A DNA stretch of 64,000 nucleotides from Eukaryota sp. TZLM1-RC (Eukaryota > Protista > Metamonada: BaSk clade). The notes under the pieces were generated by a model. It searched no databases. It was not told the DNA's origin and saw nothing but the letters and a program-made list of their open reading frames with translations. Shown here one piece after another: positions 47,286 through 58,970 of the stretch. Position 1 is the first letter of the stretch. Every line of letters starts with the position of its first letter. The DNA lies in the NCBI GenBank assembly GCA_040285825.1, contig JAUPSS010000002.1, positions 1,054,001 to 1,118,000 on the forward strand. Reading direction: 5' to 3'. Both the position numbers and the translations under genes were made by a program.

Positions 47286-49972
47286 TGTTGCTTTTCGTGC
47301 ACTAAACATAAACAAAAACGAAAGTTTATGGACAGAATATAAGAAATCAAGGAAAAATAAATAAAAACTACAATTTAAACCTACCATGACGTGATCCACC
47401 TTCCTAAAGAGGAAGGTCACGTTTAGCCACAGCTAACACTGCCTTCTCTTTCTTTTTCGGCGGGATTTGGGAGGGTCGGTGGCAAGCTTGATGTACCTAG
47501 AGTACGCGGCAGTGTTCCGAATAGAAGAAACAGGCTGAACAGTGGTGGTCCCATCGGACCAGAGCACGGTGGCGGATTCATCAGTGATATCGATAATAGC
47601 GTCAAGAATCAGCTCACCTGAATCGGCAGCTACATAAGCGTCGAGTATCTCCGGAGGCAACGAGGACAGGCAGGGCTTTACAAGGTGGGTGGCTGTTTTG
47701 AGAGATGAGCCCGAGACAGGGTTCTGAACCAGGAGAGAGCTAGGGAAGAGGAGTTTGAGGACGACATAGGGGCCTACAAAGTGACCGTGGAGTTTGTCTG
47801 GCTTCTCGCGCAGAACAAAACTCGATCATCGGCCTGAGGGCAATATGCAGGTTCAGGCACGTCAGTAGGGAGCAAAACAGGGGATAGGGTTACTGCTTCC
47901 CATGAGGCTAGAAGTGTCTTCGTTAAGGTCAGAAGGTGTTCGATGAACTCGGGTTTGTCTGGAGGGAGAAAGTGTGTGGACAATGAATTCAAAAGCTGGT
48001 TGGGCAATAAACGGGGAGAGGTGTCGGGTCCAAAAATGAGACAATATGGGAATGTGTTCAGGGCCTTTCTTTCCTGAGAATTCAACACCATTTGACACAG
48101 GGGAACATAGTCTGACCAGTTATGGTAGTCAGAGAAATCGAGTAACATTCGGCGGATTACTTGGAGAAAACTACGATGTTGGCGCTCGACCAAGCCATTG
48201 GACTGATGGTAGTGGGGTAGGGATTGGGAATGTTCTATGTTCAAGAATTGGCATAGCAAACTGAATATCTTGTTGGCAAATTCAGGGCCGTTATCAGAGT
48301 GGATTCGACGAGGAGCGCCGAAAACAGAGTAGACTGAGGAAATCAAGGCATTAACGATGGTAGTGACCTTAAGGTCCTTGGTGGGAACAAGGATGCTAAA
48401 TTTAGAAAAAGCATCGACGAAGTGGACTATATACTTATAGCCATAAGTATAGGCTGAGAGCGGACCGATGGAATCACAATGTAAACTCTCAAAAGGGCGA
48501 CGAACAGAATTTAGAGATCCAGTAGAGGAGATCGCGGTCTTGGGGACGGGGGCAGTCTTCTGGCATATACAGGCGTTAACATGGGTTGATAAATCGTTTC
48601 GCATATCGGGCCACTGAAAATCAGATCGTTGGAGGGGCTTCCTACATTGGGCGAAAGGAGGGTGACCGGCTTCGATAGAACCATGGGCCAGTAAGAGAAT
48701 CTCAGAGCGCATGGATGGAAGAATCAGGATCTTTCCAGATTTGGAGAGCTTCAATCCAGACTTAGCATTAATGATGCAGTCTTTAAACAGGGGATCATTA
48801 TCAGGCACTTTCTGTTGGTCCTTAAAGATCTTATTTAAGAAAGCGGCAGCAGGAAAGCTGGAGGGTTTGGCCGGGAGCAGTTCTTGGGCGGAGGAATCTG
48901 ACGAATTGGACGCTGTGATGGCTTATACGATATGAATTTCATCAAAAGAGTCTAAAGAAACGTCGACGGGTTGACCAGAGTCTTCACGAGGAGGGAGGCT
49001 GTCTTTAGGCGACATGGCTTGCTCTTCGAGGAATCGTTCGTGATTATGTGTGAAAGGTTCGGTTTTAAAGATCTCCATCCTAGAGGGCAATTCATATCTG
49101 AGAGACGGCAAGTAGTACCTGGGTTGGTCTTCGGAGAATCCTGGGAGAGCAATAGCGAAGGAACGAGAGGGATGAGACACTCTTTCAAGACGCTTGTCCT
49201 GGAGTATTAAATCTAGTCTTGAATGATGTTGGATTAAACCATCAAAATATAGACGAACCAGATCATGGAAATGAGGACAAATAATTGTGAACTCAGGATC
49301 GGGGTTATCGAAATTGGAGTTAGCAAGGGAAGAGTAATCGAGGGGCTTCAAGTGATAGCGGATAGACCGTTCGCTGGGGTCTATTTGGTGTCCGTAAACA
49401 AGTTCTATTCCTGAGATGGCAAAGGGGCAGGGGGTTAGTTCATTATCGTCATAATGGTAGATTCAGTGGACAACTGGCTTTAACAAGCAGAGAGGAATAT
49501 AGGTGGTTACATCAACACAGGGATTCAGCAAGTACAGCCGGTAGGCAGAGTCCGGGTAAGTGGGTCCTATGGGTATGGGGGCGAAAGGTGGACGGGAGGC
49601 TTTTTTGGTGGACGAGGACTGAGAGTGAGTAGCAGGAGGGTATCTTGTCACATCTGTCATGACATGACATGACATACGTTGCGCGTAAACCTTCTATGCT
49701 TCTACATAACGGGAAACGGACTCTCGACCGGTATGACTCAAGTACGGAGCAATCAGGTTCGCGGGGTTCTGGGCGGGGACATGAGGCAGGACGGATTCCT
49801 TACAGGCTCCAGTAATTATTGTTGCTTTTCGTGCACTAAACATAAACAAAAACGGAAGTTTATGGACAGAATAAAAGAAATCAAGGAAAAATAAATAAAA
49901 ACTACAATTTAAACCTACGATGACGTGATCCACCTTCCTAAAGAGGAAGGTCACGTTTAGCCACAGCTAACA
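47286..49972 (-). mobile_element. Ty3/gypsy-type LTR retrotransposon lacking RT and RNase H (2687 bp)
   Basis: 153-bp LTRs (TG...CA) at 47286-47438 and 49820-49972 with 3 mismatches, TSD GTAT and PPT GAAAAAGAAAGAGAAGGCAG. Confidence 0.95.
47433..48808 (-). pseudogene. Retroviral-type integrase with chromodomain-like C-terminus (frameshift near 47800)
   Basis: HGSIEAGH...CICQK (HHCC), LHCDSIGPL, IHSDNGPEF and QSNGLVER (DDE), then LILDAIIDI...VLWSDGTTTVQP. Confidence 0.9.
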
Positions 49973-50740
49973 GTATAGGAAGAATTGTTGACAAAACGTA
50001 CTTTCAATTTTTAAAGGTGCTGTACTTGTTGTCTTCTGCTTTGTTATCTCTTGGTCGGTTTTATGAAAGATAAACTCCCATTCAATTGTTTTTGGCTGAT
50101 CTGGGGTATGAAAATATAGAATGTTATGTTTGTTGTTTAGTGTTTCGTTAGAATAAATAAATTGGTAAAAAAGTATTTCCAAAACTTATGATTTCCTCGT
50201 TGAACTACAACCCTTAGTAAAATTAAATCAGAATTAATGGGACTAAATTCATTGCTGTTCTTCATTATGACGAAGACTAACAAAAAGAAAAGCTTTTGCT
50301 GTTCTGGATTTGATCCAGAATGCAGCAAGTACCGAATGTTGAGTAATAGTAAATTATTGGTCAACAGATACGATCAAATTTGATTGATGAAATGTGACAT
50401 TGTAAAGTAGAAGATTCAAAGTGTTTTTTCCATTATTAGAATTGATCAATTGTGAGCTAAAATCCTCTTCAACATATCTTCTACAGATAATAGAAAAATG
50501 AATAATAACGCACTAAACAAGTTTTCTGTAATGTGGCCGTGGAATTGATGAGTGAATGATATAGTTGCTGATTGAATTAGTGCTTTGTTGATTATCTAAC
50601 CACCTGTTTTTTTTAAAATTATCATTTTGTTGCCCTCTACCTGATAAATTAATTTTCTGTGTTTTAGATTGTTTTGTTTTGTTTTGATTCTTCGTAGAAA
50701 ATAAAATTAGTTTAATTTTATTTAAATGAATTAAATTTTT

Positions 50741-53400
50741 TTATAAAAAGTAATATTTGTTTTCTACGTAATTACAAAAACAAAACAAATTAAAACACAT
50801 AAGAATCAAAATTCTCCACACAACTGTTGAGGAATCCTTGTACAGCTTGGACATCATTAAGTTTAAATACTTGGAAACACTTCTATACAAAGCAAAAATG
50901 ATACGATTCTTCCGAAAATACCCAGCATAATTCTTACCACTTGAACGACAAAGATTATCAAAATCATTGAGAAAATTCAAACTAGACTGACCGCCATTAC
51001 CAAAAATCGAGAAGGCAAAAGGAACAAAAGAAAACTTCAAGTAAAGGTTCTTGTTTAGATCGTTCAATAACTCAACATATTTGTCTCGTTTACGAACCTC
51101 AGCCTTGTTCAACTGGCCATTAGAACTAACTAAGACATCATCACGATAAATTGAAGCAAAGGGATCAACAGTAGTAAAATCAACAACAACTTGAGAGGAA
51201 TCCACAAAAAGAGCAATTAAATCACCACGACGAGCATCAAACAAAGTATTATCGCTATAATGCTTCAACAAGGGTTCTACTTTGCAATTGAAATTGTAAC
51301 ACTTAAACATTTCATATGTCACATGATGAACAGCATTATGAAGAACTGACCGATATTGAAGAAACTTCTTACAACTCACAAAATGACAGAAATTGGCAGA
51401 CGGTTTTTGGTTGCAGATACAAGCAGAAGTATCCAAAAGTCCACTTGGATACAACCCTAATCTCCAACGCATGTTTTGTTTCCAAGCTTCATTTGTTAAG
51501 TGAAGACCATATGGCCTTGGTTGCTGAGAAATTAAACTAGTGCAATTTTGAACGTCCGACAAAAAGGCACCAAATACGGGATTATGAATCTTAATCACAC
51601 TAAGTCGTCTAGAAATATCCAGGTCTTCAAAACTATTTAAAACAGCCTTGTGTAATTTCACAACAGCAAGATGAAGATTAGTCACAGATCTCGAAGGGAT
51701 AGAAGGCATATTTGAAGGAAAACAGTTATTCCGCAGATCAATAAGTAATTCATGCACCATATTTTCGAAGGACTTCAATAAAGGATGTGATTTATTCAAA
51801 GAAATTTCATCAAATCGCAGTTTCCACTCAAAAAATTTTTTCACACCACCAATGAAATCACTTTTGCATAAATATTCTGCTTTTGGAAAGCCAACTGCAG
51901 CAAACTTAGGACTAAAAAATGCATAATAAGGAGTTTTTGACGGACATATTTTCACCAAATTACCTAAAAAAAATTAGATCTCAAAGCACTAAACTGACGT
52001 CCAAATTCTTGTGAAATTGTGGGGGATAAGGAACGTAGAAGGTGATTAATCTTTGATCCAAAACACACATTCAGGACCGAAAACGCTAAATGCTTGTCAA
52101 TTCCTAACTTTTGAATAGCTAAAAGCTGCTCTTCAATTTTCTCCAAAATGCCGATCAAAATCGATTTAATTCTTTTACTGTTTCCAAAATAAGAGCCAAG
52201 AAAACGAATTGCATCTGCTTGATAATCAATAAATTTGGAAAAAGTCTCATTAAATGATACCTCAACAGTCTGTTTACCCATAATGAAACATTTGGGAAAT
52301 TTAACATCTAATTCAATTTGTTTGGACAAAAAACGACATGCTGTAATTTTTGCTGTAAAAGGGGCAAAGGACCAATAAGTGACAAAACATCTGCATAAGC
52401 ACATAAGTGAATGTCAGGAAAATCCATCTTAAATTTTACTAAAACTGATTAAAGTGCTAAACAAAAAAAATGGGGCCAAAGGATCTCCCTGCTTGACACC
52501 TCTTGATGAAGAAATGTCCTCAGAATGAAAAATCAGGTTAGGTGATCCATACATCAATTTAACATATGGCAAAAGAGGGGGAACACGAAAGAACTTAATT
52601 GTGGATGACTTAATTCTATTAAAACAATTATTAGCGATTTCTGGGCATATGTTAATGACCGACTTCAAATGATCGCAACTAAGTCCAAAAGGCCCAGCTG
52701 AACGACCAGACGGAGGTCCTTCAATGGATACTTTAACTTCATCAGAAGTAACAGAATTAGCGGTAAATAAAACACGTTCAGCATCAGAAACAGTATGGTT
52801 CAAGTCGAAATCCTCATGAGGATGAAGTGATTTCAAAGAATCCAACGTGTCATCATTGAAAGCAGCAGGAGAAGAACCAGCCAACAGTTTAAGAGCAGAA
52901 GAATATTAAGATCGAAGAATAAAAGACTCAAAACGCTTTTTCAGATTTTTAGTTTGTTGAGCAGGCACCTGATGATTGGATTCCTTGCGAGTTGGAGACA
53001 TGGCTATTGAAAGAAAAAATTTCCAAAAAATGGAAGGATTCCAAGTACCTTTACGAAGAGAGAATGTTAGAGATCGAATAAATGTAGCAAGAGAAGACGA
53101 GTGTGCAGGAGAAACGAATTGGGGGATTGCAAATGGAGGTCTACAGGGATCAACTCATTTTGATAATCACACTGAGAAGCCATCAACCTCTCTAAAATAA
53201 ACACAAAATGAAATGCTCTCTGCTATAAAGAGACTGTGGGTAGAAACACTGATGTGTGAAACACAAGAATCTTCCAGGTTCGTGTCCCAGACACAGCCAT
53301 CAAATGTATATTTTCTGTGTTTTCTTGACAGATTTAGAAAGTTGTGGTTATTAATAAAAAATGTTAAATAATTTATGAGAAAAACACTTTATAAAATCTT
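50741..53400 (-). mobile_element. Near-full-length degenerate CRE-like retrotransposon, family D
   Basis: ORF pieces PSGRSAGPFG, RGVKQGDPLAP, IRFLGSYFG, CIC..HFVSC..H, RRGDL, KRDKY. Confidence 0.85.
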
Positions 53401-53651
53401 CATGAGGGACAACTCGGAAAAATTGACCCTTCTCAACCAAAAAGATGCAAGAGTCAACCAGACCAAGTAGTTCATTTTCAAAATGATCAATCTTAATCAG
53501 ATGATAAAGACGAGGAAGCACAATCAATGCTGATAATAGTACAATAAAAGTAACAATAATAGAAGCATGTAGTTCTTAGTATAGCTCTCTTGATGTGTTA
53601 ACCTCTGTTAAATACGAATGATAGTTTAACTGTTGTTTTATTTAAATCAAA

Positions 53652-56600
53652 TTTAAATTTAAATTTTATTTTTTCTTATTTTTTTTTCCTTCCTCTACAT
53701 ATAACCGTTTAACTTACAACCTGGCTGAACCGCGATCATTGCTTCTATTCTTTCTTGTTGATGCCTGAATCAGTTTCTGATTCTAATGGAGTCAAAAGAA
53801 AGAACGATAGACAACAAAATGCTCAAGACGTCCTTTCCACCTCTCCTCCTCATCCTCTTCTCTCTTCATTTTTGGACAAAAAAAATTCTGATCAAGAATT
53901 TTTAGAAAATCACGATGAAAACAAAGTTTGTTCAAAAACAAAGCCACGCTCCTACAGATGCTCAAAGTGTCGACAACAAGGACATAATGCTCGAACATGC
54001 CCCAATGTTGGAAAAAATAATGTGGCAAATTCTGAAACAAAATGTAAAAGAAAATTTATTAGAAGAAAAGAGTCTAAGGTAGAACCCATAAATGATGCTC
54101 CACAAGTTGTTGCAAAACCAGTTAGCAATCGATTGAAGCACAAAGTTTGCAACAATTGTGGTATTTCTTTTAGAAAAAATGCAAAAGGAAAAACTTCTGA
54201 TCGATGCTTGAAATGCCGCATAGTTGATAACTACCATCCTCCCATAAGAATACCTCAAGAAATTCATCCGACCAAATGCAATGAATTTGCTTTCGTTTTT
54301 CAAAGATTTTTGGATCAATTATGTAAAGGAAAGTATGCTATCAATATTATTTGGGAATTTTTTGGTTCTTTTTGTCCTCCTTTTGAACAAAATTTTGTAA
54401 ATAATTCCGAAGATTTAACTAATATAGCACCGAGAAATCAATCATCCGAGAAATTAAGTAAAATTTTTGAAGACAAATGCTTTGACAACAAATGGTCCAA
54501 GGCTTTGTCAGCTTTAAGTCCCGGAGTTAAAGCACCCAACAATGAAAATACAATAGATAAACTAAAAATACTTCATCCTTATGAAGACCCTATAATGGAT
54601 CAAAATTTTTATGGCACATACTGGGAAAATTATCCATTGATGCCATCAGAAGTTTTTTCGGTGATCAAAAAGAGACCACGTGGTAAGTCTGCCGGACTTT
54701 CTGGTATTACTATTGATCATGTAAAAGCCGTGATTATTTCTTCAGAAGATTGTCTTGGTTTATTGACCAAATTTTTCAACCAAATATTATCTGGTCAACT
54801 CAAATACCCAGAAGAATTAAGAAGTTCTCGTTTGACTGCACTTGTCAAAAATTCAAAAATGGATGTTCGTCCTATTGCAATCTCTGAGAGCTTACACAAT
54901 ATTTTTTCTGCGTGTTGCTTAAGCAGGTTTAACGAGAAAGCAAAAAAAATTTTATTACCCTTTCAATATGGTATAAATACTACAGATGGAGTCTCTTCAG
55001 CGATATTTGCTACTGATGTTTTATTTCGCCAAAATGAATCCAATGTTTGTATGTCATTGGATTTTAGTAATGCTTTCAATTCACTAAGTCGTCGCAGTAT
55101 CCATGGTGCTCTATTGCAATATATGCCGGAATTAATACCGTATTTTCAATCAACATATTGCACATATTCTAATTTACATTTTGGTAACAACATTTTGAGT
55201 TCATCAAGTGGTGTAAAGCAAGGAGGTCCGTTAGGGCCTCTTTTGTTTTGTTTGGCCATTCATCCTATTTTACTGCAAATTCAAGAGATGTTTCCTTCAC
55301 TAAAAATGATTGCATATATGGATGATGTTGTGCTTATTGGTGATTTAAATATTGTGAAACAAGCAACTGTATGTTTTAAAGAATTATTTACCAAAATTGG
55401 TCTCCGACTTGATTTACTTAAATGTGTTTTGTTATCGAATTCTCCAGTTTCCACAATAGTTGATGGTATTGAAATTCAAGGCAAATTATATTCAATTGAT
55501 GCTATTCGTCATTTGGGTTCGTTTTTAGGAAATAATGATGAAATTACCAAAAAATTGTTTGAAAAGTTGAACTCAATTTCTGACAAAATTGACCGAATGA
55601 TGAATTTAGATATAAAAAACACATCAAATTTACCATTATAAGACTGTGTTTTAGTTCCAATTTTAATCATATATTTCGATCTACAAATCCTCTCGTCACT
55701 AGACCTTTGGCTCAGAAATTTAATGAGTTACGTGCAAAAGTTTTGTCTCAATTACTGGGATGTAAAATGTTTCAAATTCCAGATCATGCTTACCTTACTC
55801 CACATTATGGCGGTTTAGGGTGGACGAAGGCTTCTATTCTTACATCGTGTGCTTTTGTTGGTGGATGCAGAAATGCAATCTTTGAGTTTTCCGAAAGATT
55901 TGCAGATTGGGAAGATTTATTGATGACAACGCAAAGTTCCACTGTTTTTGCATTAAATGAAGAAATTTCAAAAATTGATGTAGAAAAATGGGGTCGATGT
56001 TTTCCTCAATCATTCAATGGCAATAATCCAGAAAAAAATGTTTTAAATTTGAAGTACACTCTTCGAACATTACAGAAACGATTGACTGGAATGTATGAAA
56101 AAGATCTTTATAATAATATATGCAGGTCGGCTGTTTTAAATCAAGATCTTCACTCATTGTTATTGGAAAAGGGTGTTTGTGAAAACAAGTCGTCAGATTC
56201 TTCACTTTTTGTAACTATTGTACCACAAAGATTTGGATTGTGTGCCACTAATGAAGCATTTGTAACAAAAATGAGATTATATTTGAACATCCTCATTAAT
56301 CAATTATTATCAAAAGAAAAATGTATTTGTTCGAATTCACCTCAACTCACTTTGCGCCATGCTCTGAATTGCTCTAAATTGATAACTTATCGTTCTTCAT
56401 TACATGATGCTGTTAGAGACACTGTTTTCAATATGGCACAAACTGCAAGGATATCGTGTATCAAAGAGCCTCTGCTGAAGGAAACACTTTCTCTGAATAA
56501 TTTTGGTTCTGATGATAGAGGTGATGTATACTGTGATTGGATTGATAATTCTGAAGCTATTGTTGACTTTGTCTCATGTAATGTTGCAAATGATACTTTG

Positions 56601-57016
56601 GTTCACAGAAGAAAACTTAATCCTGTGGCTGCTCTGGATTTTAAAGCAAAAGAGAAACATAGAAAATATGATAAAGATATTGAAGAGGCTAATGTCGATA
56701 GAAATACACAGCTGGTTTTTATTGCTTTCCCATTTTCGATAAATGGCAGATTATCAGTTGAAGCAGAAACTTTTTTGAATGACTTCCAAAAAATGGTGCA
56801 AGAAAAAACAATGAGAAGATTTGATATATTTTTATGGCGTTCACGGATTCAATTTGCCATTATTAATAGATTACCACGGTTTTTCAATCGAATAAGAGAA
56901 GCTTTAGCTAGACAGCAAGCAGATCAAGATTTTGTAGATGAAATCTTGGTTCAAAGATGGTCGTCCCATTAGTATTGAGTTAATTTAATTAAGTGTGCAA
57001 ATTCAATAAATATAAA
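53652..57016 (+). mobile_element. Essentially full-length family A CRE/R2-like non-LTR retrotransposon (one frameshift near 55615)
   Basis: CCHC knuckle CSKCRQQGHNARTC, CxxC...CxxC, RT (LDFSNAFNS, GVKQG, YMDD), C-terminal Zn finger and REL. Possible TSD ttaaatcaaa at 53642-53651 and 57017-57026. Confidence 0.92.
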
Positions 57017-57089
57017 TTAAATCAAAAAGAAACAATTAAGCCATTTTTCCAAAACTCAACATTCCTTTATCGGTGAAGGTGATATAACA

Positions 57090-58813
57090 ATGGTTCTAAG
57101 TTCAAGGAAATTGTCTACCATTGAGGACCCTCTATGGTTCAAGGATGCTGTTTTCTATGAACTTTATGTACGTGCCTTCTCCGACTCTAACGCTTCTGGG
57201 TCGGGTGACTTTATGGGTCTTACTTCTAAACTTGCTTACTTAAAATGGCTTGGAGTAGACGTTATTTGGATTCTACCTCATTACCCCTCTCCTCTGTTCG
57301 ATGATGGTTACGATGTCGCTGATTACACAAATGTCCATCCTGATTATGGTACTCTTTCTGATTTTGACAGATTCATTTCTGCTGCACATGATTTTGGTCT
57401 CAAGGTGCTAGTTGATTTTGTCGTAAACCACACATCGGACCAGCATCCTTGGTTTCAAGCTGCTCGATCCGACAGAAACTCCCCCTACAGAGACTATTAC
57501 GTTTGGTCTGATACTGACTCAAAGTACAAGGATGTTCGCATAATCTTTTGCGACACTGAATCCTCCAATTGGACATATGATGAGATTGCAGGACAATACT
57601 ATTGGCATCGATTCTTTAGCTCGCAACCAGACCTCAACTATGATAACCCCCAAGTAAAAGAGGAAATCTTTAATGCCATCAGGTTTTGGTGTAGGAAGGG
57701 AATTGATGGTTTTCGTGTGGGTTTGTTTTTAATTCTTTTTTTACCTCAGATGCTGTCCCCTATCTCATTCAAAGGGAAGGTACAAGCTGCGAGAACTTAC
57801 CAGAAACACACTCCATTTTAAAAGAGATGAGGGCCATGATTGATAAGGAGTTCCCCAATGTGTTTTTGCTTTGCGAGGCTAACATGATGCCTGAAGATGT
57901 CGTTCAATACTTTGGCACTCCGGAAGAACCTGAATTCCATTCTGGTTTTCATTTCCCAGTAATGCCTCGAATCTTCATGAGCCTAGTTCGGGGTGAATGT
58001 TCTGCAATTAAGGACATTCTTCACCGGACACCTGCCATACCCTCCAATACCCAGTGGATGCTCTTTCTGAGGAACCATGATGAGTTAACGTTGGAGATGG
58101 TGACTCCAGAAGAGAGGGAGTGGATGTGGTCAGTATTGGCTGGCGGACCGAGAGAGAAACAGAATTTAGGAATTAGGAGACGTTTGGCTTCAATATGTGA
58201 CTACGACAACCGAAAGATTCTAATGTTAAATGCACTTTTGTTCTCTCTTCCTGGCAGCCCTATTATTTACTATGGTGATGAAATTGGGATGGGCGACAAC
58301 TTGTTCCTAAGGGATCGAGATGGTCAGAGGTTGCCTATGCAATGGGATCCCAGATTGTCTTTGGCTGGATTTTCCCAATCACGAAGACCTTATGCAAACC
58401 CAGTTGGAGGGGGACCAGGTTCACCTGTCCATGCTTCTGTAGCAGTCCAACAACTTAATGAAAATTCTTTACTTCACAAGATGAAGAATTTGATAGCAAC
58501 AAGGAAACAGAGTAGGGCCTTTGGAAGGGGAAGTTATTTCGTTGCAGACTGCGCTGATTCAGTTTTTGCCATTATTCGTGTTTATGGCGACGAAATGCTA
58601 CTTTGCTGTTGTAACATGACTTCTTTGTCTCAAGTCGTTTCAATATCATTCAAAACAGAACATCTTCCCGCAAATAGAACTTTTGAAAGGGTGGTTTTCA
58701 CTGATATGCTTTCTCCCTTTTATGTCAATGCTGATTTCGATAAAAATAGTGGTAGTTTGATTGTAGATATTAGTTTGTGTGAATATGGGTTTATGTGGCT
58801 TCGATTGGAATAG
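57090..58813 (+). CDS. treS: Trehalose synthase / maltose alpha-D-glucosyltransferase (GH13), 29-nt intron 57721-57749
   Basis: [44 protein letters not shown], spliced [38 protein letters not shown]. Confidence 0.95.
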
Positions 58814-58970
58814 ATGTCGTATAAAAACAGTGTATCTTGTTGTTTATTAAAATAGTTGTTATTAAAATGGAATGGTGAACATATTTACAAGTACATAAAT
58901 AAACAATAAATTAAGTAAAAAAAAGAAAAATAAAAAAAGAACTAAAGACTAACACAAACTAGAGACCGTA

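Larger units (their letters stand above)
46440..50160 (+). mobile_element. Degenerate family B retrotransposon split by the LTR element
   Basis: ...gtgaaacaacgtat | gtataggaagaattgttgac rejoins to the family B sequence seen at 43820-43855. Confidence 0.8.

Noticed and set aside
57090-58813. Bacterial contamination or chimeric contig
   Set aside because: The gene contains a host-style intron and is flanked by a host retrotransposon and an intron-containing gene.
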